Shown here one piece after another: positions 1-9,738 of a stretch of DNA of 61,486 nucleotides. Source of the stretch: Clostridiales bacterium UBA1770 (lineage in GTDB: Bacteria; Bacillota; Clostridia; Oscillospirales; CAG-272); assembly GCA_002315325.1 (NCBI GenBank), contig DCGU01000076.1, forward strand, positions 1 through 61,486. The letters are read 5' to 3'. A program made the position numbers and the translations under genes. The first letter of the stretch is position 1; each line of letters begins with the position of its first letter. The notes under the pieces were generated by a model. That model searched no databases and was not told the origin of the DNA. It was given only the letters and a program-made list of their open reading frames with translations.

Positions 1-335
1 TTGGCTTGACAATCTGAGCAGGCTTTTAGGTTCATTGCCACGTGACAATCCCTCAGTCAGCCTAACTCGGCTGACAGCCCCCTTTACACAAGGCGGCCTA
101 CGATTGGTGTGTGTTCACTCGGTGGTTGGAATTTAGTATAGTGGTATGGTGAACTCCTTCCGTCACGACTGCGTCGTGCCACCTCCCCCACACGGAGGAG
201 GCTTGGAGTAACAACAGTCGGCGCAGGCTCCTTCCGTCATCGCTATTGCGATGCCACCTCCCTGCATAGAGTGCGAAGCACACATGCGCCCTTTGGGCTA
301 CTCCCGGAGGGAGGCTTATAGATTCTAAGGTTTAG
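1..335 (-). ncRNA. Unassigned structured RNA-like element, copy A (runs off the left window edge)
   Basis: The reverse complement of 1-335 aligns in blocks with 54550-54960 (+). This includes an identical 31-nt block (260-290 here, 54583-54613 there). It carries two GGGRGG-hairpin-GGAAGGAG modules (150-189 and 226-262). Only a short, non-protein-like ORF overlaps. The family was not identified. Confidence 0.4.
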
Positions 336-573
336 TGCTTTTCAAATTTTAGGGAAGCCGCATGAAAAAGAGTGCAGAATGGACGAAAACCGAGCGTCGC
401 CGTACCTCCGTACGGCAGTCGAAGGTTCTCGTTCATAGCCCAAAACATATAACGTAATGGATATTTTGACCGTTTGGTCAAAATACATCCGCAGAACGTT
501 TGCCGATTTCATTTTCACCAATGGATATCGGTGATTGAATAGCTAAATTTGTTTTGGGCGATCTGTGCCTTTT

Positions 574-2658
574 TCACAGGCGCTTACCAAGGGTGAGTTT
601 CAATACCCCGCCTTGCATCATACGAGACGCCGTGAATTCAAAGTTGATCAAAACTTCGCCGTCGAGTTCGGCCTTGACGACAACGTCGCCCTCGCCCACG
701 CGTTCGATGACGAAATCCTTACCGGACGCCAAATGCATCGTGACCTTGGGGAAGCGCGGGAAGCCGACCATCATCTTGTTTTGGCCTGCTGCCGGGAAGA
801 TTCCCATGACCAGCCACATATAGCAGGAGGACATACCGCCGGAGTCGTTGTTGCCGGGGATACCGCCGCGGCCTTCGACGAACATATAGTCAGCGGCAGC
901 GTTGGTGATATCGGCAATGCGGTCCATGGCGCCGATGGCGTGATAGGCGAACGGCGTTTCCATATCGCTTTCGTTATTAAAGCCTTCAAAACGGCCGCTG
1001 GCATCGTAAGGATTGGTAAAGCCGAAGAATTTATCCAAAAGGGCCTTGTATTTTTCCTTGCCGCCGGCGAGTGCTACGCGCTCGTCCATATGACGGAGCA
1101 GACGGAAGGAGTAATTGACGTGGTTGCCTTCGTAATAATTGAAGCCCTCTTTGCGTAAAAGTCCCGTTGCCGGGTCGTAGGCTTCCTTCCAACGGGCCTC
1201 GGCAGCGCGCAGGCTGTCGGCCGTTTCTTTCTCACCCAAGGCTTCCGCCATGTCGGCAACGTCGCCGCAGGCTTCGGCCACGTCAAGCAGGTGGGTCAGA
1301 GACGTGGGTACTTCGTCCTTTAAAAGTCCTGCATAGGACGGGCGGTGAATGCTGTCCATAATATAGGGCAGATTGGCTTTGTAGTCACCCTTAACGCCGC
1401 GCCAGAACGCGTCGCAGACGCTGTGCTCACCGATCAGGCACGCCTGACCGGAGCAGGAGTCGGTGGCGAAATGATCGCCCATGAGCAGCGTGTGGGGCAG
1501 TTTGTGCTCGTACTTGGCGTACAGGAAGAAGGCTTCCATAATACGTTCGCTGACTTCGGGGTAGAGCGAGAAGACCAGCGGCAGTTCGGTTTTATAGATA
1601 TCCCACATGGTGCAGATATCCACGATAAAGCCGTCCTCGTCCCACAGCGGCGATTCACCGCGGCGGTCACAGGGCTTTACCAGCGAATGGTAGAAGTTGG
1701 AATAGAAGATTTCCTCGTTGCGTTCGTCGGCACCCTCGATTTCAATGCGGCGCAGCGCCTTTTCCCAAGTGGCGTTGGCAAGAGCGGCCACCGTGTCGAA
1801 GTCACCCTCGTCGGTATGCACGTCACGCTCGCTCATCTCGTCGTTCTTTAAAGAATCGGCGAAGCGTGTCAGCACGTTTTTGCGCGCCGCCTCGGCGTAA
1901 ATACCAAAGACAACGTTCTTGCTGTTCTGCTCGTTGGCAATCGTCAGCTCTTTGCCGTCGACGGGCTTGCCGTCGCGCATCAGGCCGGTGACCTTGGCGC
2001 CGTCAAAGGTCAGGCGGAAGTAGTGGTCGATGCCGTCCATGACGACGTGGACCTTGACTTCGGTATCGGATACAATCACCAGCTCGGCACTGTTGCAGAC
2101 ACCGCACTGGTCGGGCCACATTTTGTTGGTGCCGTTGTTGCCGAAGTCGACGACGAATTTGCCGCCCTTCTTCGGGAACGTGAAACGGTGGTATGCGGAT
2201 TTTCCCGAAACGGTCGTTTCGGACAGAATCTCGCCGCCGCTGAGTACGCTGTAATAGCCGGGCTCGGCAAACTCATTGATGATTTCGCTGCCGCCTGCCA
2301 GGGGGGCATCCCCCATAAAGGGCGTGATAACGGCGAAGTTATAATACCAGCCGATGGCACCCGTGCCGCTTTGGCAGAAGTGCGAAAGGCCGCGGAAACC
2401 GGCCTCTTCCTTTTTCAGGTGCCGCAGGTCCCAGGAGCAGCTGTTGGGGTAGTTGTTGCCGTACCCCTGCGGATAACCCGAGGTGTAGGCACAACAGGAA
2501 TATTTACCGAATGGCAGCGTCGCACCGGGCGACGTGTTGCCGGCAATACCTTTAATGAAATACCAAGAGGCGGCCAAACGTTCGGCAGTGGGCAGGTTGA
2601 TGGTATCACAGCCCTGGAACACGTTAACTTTGCCGCAATAATCGGTAAATTTGTCCAT
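574..2658 (-). CDS. Glycoside hydrolase family 92-like alpha-mannosidase
   Basis: 694-aa ORF. The blocks GNTSPGATLPFG, GLSHFCQSGTG, YHRFTFP and PGNNDSGGMSSCYMW resemble the GH92 hallmark blocks (GNTxPGAxxPFGM, GFSHTHxSGTG, HRYTFP, GNDDxGxMSAWY). Confidence 0.8.
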   Translation of the reverse strand: MDKFTDYCGKVNVFQGCDTINLPTAERLAASWYFIKGIAGNTSPGATLPFGKYSCCAYTSGYPQGYGNNYPNSCSWDLRHLKKEEAGFRGLSHFCQSGTGAIGWYYNFAVITPFMGDAPLAGGSEIINEFAEPGYYSVLSGGEILSETTVSGKSAYHRFTFPKKGGKFVVDFGNNGTNKMWPDQCGVCNSAELVIVSDTEVKVHVVMDGIDHYFRLTFDGAKVTGLMRDGKPVDGKELTIANEQNSKNVVFGIYAEAARKNVLTRFADSLKNDEMSERDVHTDEGDFDTVAALANATWEKALRRIEIEGADERNEEIFYSNFYHSLVKPCDRRGESPLWDEDGFIVDICTMWDIYKTELPLVFSLYPEVSERIMEAFFLYAKYEHKLPHTLLMGDHFATDSCSGQACLIGEHSVCDAFWRGVKGDYKANLPYIMDSIHRPSYAGLLKDEVPTSLTHLLDVAEACGDVADMAEALGEKETADSLRAAEARWKEAYDPATGLLRKEGFNYYEGNHVNYSFRLLRHMDERVALAGGKEKYKALLDKFFGFTNPYDASGRFEGFNNESDMETPFAYHAIGAMDRIADITNAAADYMFVEGRGGIPGNNDSGGMSSCYMWLVMGIFPAAGQNKMMVGFPRFPKVTMHLASGKDFVIERVGEGDVVVKAELDGEVLINFEFTASRMMQGGVLKLTLGKRL

Positions 2659-2790
2659 GGGAATCCTCCGTGTTATATAAAAAAATATACAGTATCATTT
2701 TATCACAATATAAGGGAAAAGGCAATAGAAGAAATGATTATATATAGACAGCACCGCCGAACCTGCGTCCGACGGTGCTGTCACGTTATT

Positions 2791-4509
2791 TTATTCTTTT
2801 TCCACCGCTGCTTTTTTGCCGAGAATCTTGGCAATCACTTCCGGCGGGAATTTGGCCTTGCGGTCGTAGGTATACAAACCGTTCTGCTCCTGCTCCACGT
2901 CGGTGAGCTGGGTGTAGCAATAGGCGAAGATATTGGGGTTATCCAGCAGCACGTTGGTTAGCCCTTCCAGACGGGTGAGGAATTCATCCTCGCTCTTGGG
3001 TGCTTCGCCGTAGCCCCAGCCGTCCTTGTTCGACCAGCGGATACCACCGTATTCACTGACGAAGAAGGGCTTGTCGCCCAGGTAGTTCTGGCGGGGTGCA
3101 AACTTATCCTTGTGCGCGCCGCACTCGGCCAATTCGCGGAAGATTTCGGTCATCTTTTCCACGTTCTGCTCGTACTCGTGCACGTCGTAAATATCGGTGA
3201 GTTGCCCCACGTGGTAGTTACCGCTGGTGTCGATGCAGGGACGCGTCGGGTCGGCCGCCTTGGTGGCGTAGAAGACGCTGGCCAATACGTCGTCGCACTG
3301 GCGCGTGCCGCATTTATCCCACGTTTCGTTATACGGGCACCAGCCGACGATGGACGGATGGTTTTTATCGCGTTTGATTTCGCACAGCCACTCGGACAAA
3401 ATGGGATGCACAGCCTCGGGACGGGTGTGGTCCAAACCCCAGTTGGGGTATTCGCCCCACACAATGTAGCCTTCGGTATCGCAATGGTACAGGAAGCGTT
3501 CCTCGAATACCTTTTCGTGCAGGCGGGCGCCATTAAAGCCCATGGCCTGCGAACGCTTGACGTCGGCAAGCAGCTCGTCGTCGCTCGGCGCTGTGTAGAC
3601 GCCGTCCGGATAGAAGCCCTGGTCCAGCACCAAACGCTGGTAGACAGACTTGCCGTTGAGATAGAATTTCTTGTCGCGGTATTCGATCTTGCGCAGACCG
3701 AAGTAGCTGTTCACAACGTCGTCGCCATAGCGCAGCTCCACGTCGTACAACCGCCCTGCACCGATTTCCCACAGGTGGGCTTCCTTCAGAGGCAGGCAGA
3801 GCGTGACGTCGCCGCTGACGTTTTGCAATGCAGCACAAGCCATTTCACGTCCGTCGTATTTCACGGTGACGGACAGATTCTCTTGGCCGCAAACGATGGC
3901 GCGCAGCATGACGGAGGCGGTCTCCACCACGGGTGTCAGCGTGATATCGTCAATATAATTCTTTGGCTTCTTTTCCAGCCAAACGGTTTGCCAAATGCCC
4001 GTCGTGCGCGTGTAATCGCAGCCGTGCGAATAAAATTCTTCACTCTGTTTGCCGCGCGGAATCATGGGGTTGCGCGTGTTGTCGCGGGCACGTACCACCA
4101 GCAGGTTTTCACCCGGTTTCAAATATTTGGTGATATCGAAAGCAAAGGAAACGTATCCGCCGGCGTGCTCGCCTGCGGCCTCGCCGTTGACCCAAACCTT
4201 GCAGAACCAGTCGACGGCACCGAACTGCAGCGTGACGATGCCTTGCAGATCTTCGGCGGTGACCGTGACAGTACGGCGGTACCAAACGGCACTCATAAAG
4301 TCTTTATATTCTACACCTGACAGGCGTGACTCGGGGCAGAAGGGCACTTCGATCACTTTGTCAAACGCGTCGGCCGGTGCGTCTGTTGCATACCATTTAC
4401 GCGCTTCGCCGCTGTCGCCGTGGTCGATGGCAAAATCCCATTTGCCGTTCAGGTTTTCCCAATTATCGCGCCGAAATCCGGGGCGCGGATGTTCTGTTCT
4501 GTAAATCAT
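2791..4509 (-). CDS. Glycoside hydrolase family 2 enzyme (beta-galactosidase/glucuronidase/mannosidase class)
   Basis: ORF 2791-4635 is trimmed to the ATG at 4509, which is preceded by GGGAGG. GH2-like blocks include WYRRTVTV, VWVNGEAAGEHAGGYVSFAFDIT, GFNGARLHEK, NHPSIVGWCPYNE and FVSEYGG. Confidence 0.8.
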   Translation of the reverse strand: MIYRTEHPRPGFRRDNWENLNGKWDFAIDHGDSGEARKWYATDAPADAFDKVIEVPFCPESRLSGVEYKDFMSAVWYRRTVTVTAEDLQGIVTLQFGAVDWFCKVWVNGEAAGEHAGGYVSFAFDITKYLKPGENLLVVRARDNTRNPMIPRGKQSEEFYSHGCDYTRTTGIWQTVWLEKKPKNYIDDITLTPVVETASVMLRAIVCGQENLSVTVKYDGREMACAALQNVSGDVTLCLPLKEAHLWEIGAGRLYDVELRYGDDVVNSYFGLRKIEYRDKKFYLNGKSVYQRLVLDQGFYPDGVYTAPSDDELLADVKRSQAMGFNGARLHEKVFEERFLYHCDTEGYIVWGEYPNWGLDHTRPEAVHPILSEWLCEIKRDKNHPSIVGWCPYNETWDKCGTRQCDDVLASVFYATKAADPTRPCIDTSGNYHVGQLTDIYDVHEYEQNVEKMTEIFRELAECGAHKDKFAPRQNYLGDKPFFVSEYGGIRWSNKDGWGYGEAPKSEDEFLTRLEGLTNVLLDNPNIFAYCYTQLTDVEQEQNGLYTYDRKAKFPPEVIAKILGKKAAVEKE

Positions 4510-4743
4510 AGGGTCATAACCTCCCAATGTAATGATGATTTCATTATAGACGCGTTGCGTATTTTTGTCAACGAAAAAACGCGGGTGCAGGTGCCGATTG
4601 TTGTAATTTGCGCACGTTGATGTTATAATATACAATGGTGTATTAGGTGATAATTAAAGTATGCGGCAAACGCGGTCGTACGGCTGCCCGCAATAAGATA
4701 TAAACGCATTTTTATAATTGCTTAAACCGGAAAGGAGAGAGCC

Positions 4744-5808
4744 ATGGCTGCACCCGCCAAAAAACCAACCCCGCAGGGCAAACCCGAAATTCTCGGCGCT
4801 GCGTTCGACAAAGCCGTCAAGGGCACGCCCGACGTCGGTTATTTATTATACGGTGACGAAGATTACCTGAAAAATCACGCGATTGCGTCAATGCGCACGG
4901 TTCTCTGCCCCGACCCGTCCTTCGAACCCTTTAACTACATGCGTTTCGATGCCATGACCTATTCGGCCGAGGCGCTGTCCCGCGCCCTGCAGCCGCCGCC
5001 CATGATGGCCGACCGCAAACTGGTCGTCGTGACGGGCCTTTGCCCCGGCAGCATGAAAGCGGACGACCTGGACGAGCTGTGCGAGGTTCTCTCGACGCTT
5101 CCCGATTACGATTACAACGTCCTGTTGCTGGTGGTGCCTGCCGGCGGCATGGAAACCGATAACCAAAATAAAACCAAGGCATTGATGGCGCGTCTTGCCG
5201 CCACGCTGACACCGGTGCGCTACGACCACGTCGGCACCGACCGATTGATGGGCTGGATGATGCGCCATTTTGATAAAGACGGCATTGCCTGCGACGAACC
5301 CGTTTTGCGCAGCATCCTGAACCGATGCGGGCAGGACATGTACCGGTTGTCCTTTGAAATCGACAAACTTGCCTGCTACCTGTTGGAAAACGGGCGCAAC
5401 GTCGTCACGCCGGCCGACGTCACACTGGTGACGAGTGAAACGGTGTCTTTCGGCGCATTTGCCCTGTCGAACGCGTTGATGGATCGCCGCACCGACGAGG
5501 CATTGCGTATTTTGGAAGAGCGAAAAAAACAAAAAGAAGAACCCGTGTTCCTATTGGGCGAAATCACCCGCATCTTTTGCGATCTTTTGCGCGTATCGAC
5601 GCTGGCGGCCGTTTGCCCCGATGATAAAGCCATCGCGGCGGCATCGGGATTGTCCGCCGGTAAGATTGCCGTGATGCGCCGTTCCCTGCGCGGTGCGACG
5701 CCCGAACGGCTGCGCGAAGTGCTGGATGCCTGTGCCGCGGCAGACGTCGAAATAAAGTCGTCCTACAACGATTTCGGGCCGCTTGAAACGCTGGTTTGTA
5801 AATTGTAA
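4744..5808 (+). CDS. holA: DNA polymerase III delta subunit
   Basis: 354 aa. It has the N-terminal LLYGDEDYLKNHAI motif, and its length and helical C-terminal half are typical of HolA. AGGAGAG lies upstream of the ATG. Confidence 0.7.
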   Translation: MAAPAKKPTPQGKPEILGAAFDKAVKGTPDVGYLLYGDEDYLKNHAIASMRTVLCPDPSFEPFNYMRFDAMTYSAEALSRALQPPPMMADRKLVVVTGLCPGSMKADDLDELCEVLSTLPDYDYNVLLLVVPAGGMETDNQNKTKALMARLAATLTPVRYDHVGTDRLMGWMMRHFDKDGIACDEPVLRSILNRCGQDMYRLSFEIDKLACYLLENGRNVVTPADVTLVTSETVSFGAFALSNALMDRRTDEALRILEERKKQKEEPVFLLGEITRIFCDLLRVSTLAAVCPDDKAIAAASGLSAGKIAVMRRSLRGATPERLREVLDACAAADVEIKSSYNDFGPLETLVCKL

Positions 5809-5897
5809 AAAAAGCCGAAAGGCATTGCTCTGCATACCGCATGAAAATATGCAGTTTTGTGCAAATGGGAGAATTATTTCCAATTGCCCCAAAAAAG

Positions 5898-6071
5898 TTT
5901 TCCGCACTTTCCACTGAGTTTTCCACAGGCTATACCCCTTTACAGGTGCCGAAATGGTGGAAAAACACGGTATTTTCCCCAGTTTCCACAGAGTTTTCCA
6001 CAGGTGTTGGGAAAACGGCGGAAAACTGTGGAAAATTCGGCCGTGACGCCTGTCAATCGGCATATTCCACA
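5898..6071. promoter_or_regulatory. DnaA-box cluster
   Basis: Three exact TTTTCCACA boxes fit TTWTNCACA: 5919-5927 (+), 5994-6002 (+) and 6027-6035 (-). Five one-off variants follow: TTTTCCGCA 5898-5906, CTTTCCACT 5907-5915, TTTTCCACC 5956-5964 (-), GTTTCCACA 5982-5990 and TATTCCACA 6063-6071. A T-rich tract at 6085-6120 lies just downstream. Confidence 0.6.
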
Positions 6072-6134
6072 AATCGGCCAAAAACGAGACTTTTTTTCAA
6101 ACGTGCTTTTTCATTATTTTTGGGAGGATTTAAA

Positions 6135-7406
6135 ATGAGTATCGATGCAGCGAAAGCAAAAGAATTAAGCAATATCCCCGCCGGTGTCAACGCCGCTTCG
6201 GGTCACGACAAAATCAACTGGGTCATCTCGTATATGCCCATTCTGAACGCCATCAAAAAGGAGTTTGAAACCACAAAGCCCTTTGCCGGCATGCGCATTG
6301 CCACTTCCATTCACCTGGAGGCCAAAACTGCCTATCTGACGACCGTTTTGAAGGCCGGCGGCGCCGAAGTGTACGCCACGGGCTGCAATCCCCTGTCCAC
6401 ACAGGACGACGTGGCGGCAGCGCTTGTCGAGGAAGGCATCGTGGTGCACGCCCATCACGGTGCAACCGACGCTGTCTACAAACAGGACCTGATCGATACC
6501 CTGGCCTGCCACCCGCACGTTATGATTGACGACGGCGGCGACCTGACCTCGCTCCTCCACGGCGAGTGCCGCGACTTTGGCGATTGCCTGATCGGCGGCT
6601 GCGAGGAGACGACGACGGGTATCCACCGCCTGTATTCCCGCGTCAAAGCAGGACTGTTGGATTTCCCCATGATCGACGTTAACGACGCCGACTGCAAACA
6701 TTTGTTCGATAACCGTTACGGCACGGGCCAGTCCACGCTGGACGGCATTATGAACAGCACCAACCTCATTATCGCCGGCAAGACGGTCGTCGTGGCCGGA
6801 TACGGCTGGTGCGGCAGGGGCCTGGCTATGCGCGCCAAGGGTATGGGGGCCCTGGTTATCGTGACCGAAATCGACCCCATCAAGGCCATCGAGGCCGTCA
6901 TGGACGGCTTCCAAGTGATGCCGATGGCTCAGGCTGCCCCCTTGGGTGATTTGTTCGTCACGCTGACCGGCTGCTGCGACGTCATCCGCCGCGAACATAT
7001 GGAAGTCATGAAGGACGGCGTGCTGCTGGCCAACAGCGGCCATTTCGACGTGGAAATCAATAAAAACGATTTGCAGGATCTGGCCGTCGAGGTGTGGGAG
7101 CGCAAACCCAACATTCGCGGCTACCGCATGAAGGACGGCCGCATTCTCAATCTGCTGGCTGACGGCCGTTTGGTCAATTTGGCGGCCGGCAACGGTCATC
7201 CCGCCGAAATTATGGATATGTCCTTTGCCATTCAGGCATTGAGCCTGGAATATATGGCCAAGAACGGCAAAAACCTGGCGCACGACGTCATTCCCGTGCC
7301 GGTGGAAATCGACCGCCGCGTTGCCGCCATCAAACTGGCGTCGCTGGGTACCGGTGTCGACGTGCTGTCGAAAGAGCAGACGGACTATATGAACGCCGTG
7401 GTATAA
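6135..7406 (+). CDS. ahcY: Adenosylhomocysteinase
   Basis: ORF 5841-7406 is trimmed to the ATG at 6135, behind GGGAGG at 6122-6127. The 423-aa product has the HLEAKTA, CNPLSTQDDVAAAL, EETTTG, DNRYGTGQS and GYGWCGRG (NAD fold) blocks typical of AhcY. Confidence 0.9.
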   Translation: MSIDAAKAKELSNIPAGVNAASGHDKINWVISYMPILNAIKKEFETTKPFAGMRIATSIHLEAKTAYLTTVLKAGGAEVYATGCNPLSTQDDVAAALVEEGIVVHAHHGATDAVYKQDLIDTLACHPHVMIDDGGDLTSLLHGECRDFGDCLIGGCEETTTGIHRLYSRVKAGLLDFPMIDVNDADCKHLFDNRYGTGQSTLDGIMNSTNLIIAGKTVVVAGYGWCGRGLAMRAKGMGALVIVTEIDPIKAIEAVMDGFQVMPMAQAAPLGDLFVTLTGCCDVIRREHMEVMKDGVLLANSGHFDVEINKNDLQDLAVEVWERKPNIRGYRMKDGRILNLLADGRLVNLAAGNGHPAEIMDMSFAIQALSLEYMAKNGKNLAHDVIPVPVEIDRRVAAIKLASLGTGVDVLSKEQTDYMNAVV

Positions 7407-7513
7407 ACGCAAATCCCGTAAACCTAATACAAAACAAACTAAACAAAACAAAAATAAAAGTTTAAAAACGCTCCGCGTAAAGGAGCGCTGTACAGGAAAG
7501 ACAGCAAATCCAC

Positions 7514-9457
7514 ATGAACGAAAACGAAACGATTGAAAATTCGATAAATCAACAAAATAAACAGGCACTGCGTCCTCTGTCCTGCCGCGTCGCCGTCATC
7601 GGTGCCGGCCACGCCGGCATCGAGGCCGCGCTGGCATCTGCCCGCATGGGGCTGGACACCGTGCTGTTCACCATGTCGCTGGAGTCCGTCGGCAATATGC
7701 CCTGCAACCCCTGCATCGGCGGTACGGCCAAGGGGCATTTGGTTTTTGAAATCGACGCCCTGGGCGGCGAGATGGGTCGCGCGGCCGATATCTGCACGAT
7801 GCAGTCCCGCACGCTCAATCTGGGCAAGGGGGCTGCCGTGCACTCCAAGCGCGTGCAGGCCGACCGCAAAAAGTACCAGGCGTATATGAAACACGTGCTG
7901 GAAACCACGCCCAATCTGCGTTTGGTACAGTCCGAAATTGTGGCCGTGGAAACCGAAACGGTATCCGAAAACGGCGCGGAACGCCAATACGTGCGCGCCG
8001 TAAAGACCAAACTGAACGAACGCTGGAGCTGCGATGCCGCCATCGTGGCAACGGGCACTTATTTGGAAAGTTCCATCTTCGTCGGGGACGTCGTGTATGG
8101 CGCGGGGCCGGACGGCTTTTTGCCGTCGAGCGGACTTTCGGCGTCACTTGCCTCGTTGGGACTCAAACTTGTCCGCTTTAAAACGGGTACGCCGGCGCGC
8201 GTCAACAAACGCTCCATTGATTTTACAGAACTGGAAGAGCAGCCGGGCGAGGAGACGATTATCCCCTTCTGCGCCGACCATTCCCCCGCTATGTTCGACG
8301 GGCTTCAACAAAGCCCCTGCCATATCGTGTACACCAACGACGAAACCCATCGCATCATAAAAGAGAATATTAAGCGCAGCGCCATGTATTCCGGCCACAT
8401 TCGCGGCACGGGCCCGCGCTATTGTCCCTCCATCGAGGATAAAATCGTGCGCTTTGCCGACAAAGAGCGGCACCAGCTGTTTGTGGAACCCCTGGGCGAG
8501 AACACCGAGGAGATGTATATCCAGGGTTTTTCCACCTCACTCCCGACGGACGTGCAGCTGGAAATGTACGCAACGCTCAAGGGCTTTCAAAATTGCGAAA
8601 TCATGCGCTATGCCTACGCCATAGAATATGACTGCGCCGACCCCACCCAAATGGACGCCACGCTCGGTTTTAAGGCCGTAGGCGGCCTTTACGGTGCCGG
8701 GCAGTTCAACGGCACCTCCGGATACGAGGAAGCGGCCGCACAGGGCTTAATTGCCGGTATCAACGCGGCTTTGTGGCTCAAGGGTGAGGAACCCCTGATT
8801 CTGCAGCGCAGCGACGGCTATATCGGGACCCTGGTGGATGATCTTGTGACCAAGGGCACAAACGAGCCCTACCGTATGATGACCTCACGTTCCGAGTACC
8901 GCCTGCTGTTGCGCCAGGATAATGCCGATTTGCGCCTGACCCCCATGGGGCACCGCGTCGGCCTTGTCACGACGGAGCGATATGACAGATTTCTTGCCAA
9001 AAAGGCACGCCAGGAGGCCGAGATAGAACGCCTGGAGCACGCGCACGTATCCTTAGCAGATGCTAACAGCGTACTGGAAAAGGCCGGTGAAAAGCCGGTT
9101 GTCAGCGGCGTGACGCTGGCGGATTTATTGCGTCGTCCCCCCGTATCGTATGCCGATTTGAGCGCCATTGACCCCGAAAGACCCGCACTTTCCCCGCAGG
9201 AAAAGCTGACGGTGGAAGTATCGGTGAAGTACGAGGGGTATATTAAAAAGGAACTGGCGGAAGTGGCGCGCCACAAAAAGCTGGAAGATAAACAATTATC
9301 CCCGGATATCGATTACAATACCATCGCAGGTCTGCGCTTGGAAGCAGCCCAAAAACTGAACAAAGTGAAGCCCCTGTCCGTGGGGCAGGCGGCCCGTATC
9401 AGCGGTGTTTCCCCTGCAGACGTTTCGGTTTTGCTGATTTGGCTGGGATTGAAATAA
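7514..9457 (+). CDS. mnmG: tRNA uridine 5-carboxymethylaminomethyl modification enzyme MnmG (GidA)
   Basis: 647 aa with an FAD-binding VIGAGHAGIEAA motif. The PCNPCIGGTAKGHL, GPRYCPSIEDK and YAIEYD blocks and the C-terminal GLRLEAAQKL/ARISGVSPADVSVLL are diagnostic of MnmG. Confidence 0.95.
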   Translation: MNENETIENSINQQNKQALRPLSCRVAVIGAGHAGIEAALASARMGLDTVLFTMSLESVGNMPCNPCIGGTAKGHLVFEIDALGGEMGRAADICTMQSRTLNLGKGAAVHSKRVQADRKKYQAYMKHVLETTPNLRLVQSEIVAVETETVSENGAERQYVRAVKTKLNERWSCDAAIVATGTYLESSIFVGDVVYGAGPDGFLPSSGLSASLASLGLKLVRFKTGTPARVNKRSIDFTELEEQPGEETIIPFCADHSPAMFDGLQQSPCHIVYTNDETHRIIKENIKRSAMYSGHIRGTGPRYCPSIEDKIVRFADKERHQLFVEPLGENTEEMYIQGFSTSLPTDVQLEMYATLKGFQNCEIMRYAYAIEYDCADPTQMDATLGFKAVGGLYGAGQFNGTSGYEEAAAQGLIAGINAALWLKGEEPLILQRSDGYIGTLVDDLVTKGTNEPYRMMTSRSEYRLLLRQDNADLRLTPMGHRVGLVTTERYDRFLAKKARQEAEIERLEHAHVSLADANSVLEKAGEKPVVSGVTLADLLRRPPVSYADLSAIDPERPALSPQEKLTVEVSVKYEGYIKKELAEVARHKKLEDKQLSPDIDYNTIAGLRLEAAQKLNKVKPLSVGQAARISGVSPADVSVLLIWLGLK

Positions 9458-9459
9458 CA

Positions 9460-9690
9460 GCTGATAGCTGATGGCTGATAGCGGATAGCTGATAGCGGAT
9501 AGCCGATAGCGGATAAAAGATAGCAGATGGCTGATAGCGGATAGCCGATAGCGGATAGCCGATAGCGGATAGCAGATAGCAGATGGCTGATGGCTGATAG
9601 CTGATAGCTGATAGCTGATAGCTGATAGCAGATGGCTGATAGCTGATAGCGGATGGCTTATAGCTAATAGGGGATTGCGGATAGCTGCAG
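9460..9690. repeat. Perfectly phased heptanucleotide tandem repeat (GCNGATR, 32-33 units)
   Basis: Units start at 9460+7k with no indel over 231 bp. GCTGATA, GCGGATA, GCCGATA, GCAGATA and GCTGATG predominate. The tract fills most of the mnmG-rsmG intergenic space. Confidence 0.95.
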
Positions 9691-9738
9691 AAAGCAGACA
9701 ACGGTATGATTGCAAAAGAAATACGAAAGGAGCGGGAA

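Noticed and set aside
5841-6134. N-terminal 98-codon extension of the ahcY ORF (ORF track start 5841)
   Set aside because: The extension is the translation of the DnaA-box repeats (STEFSTG appears twice). It has no RBS, whereas GGGAGG sits 7 nt before ATG 6135 and the AhcY homology begins there.
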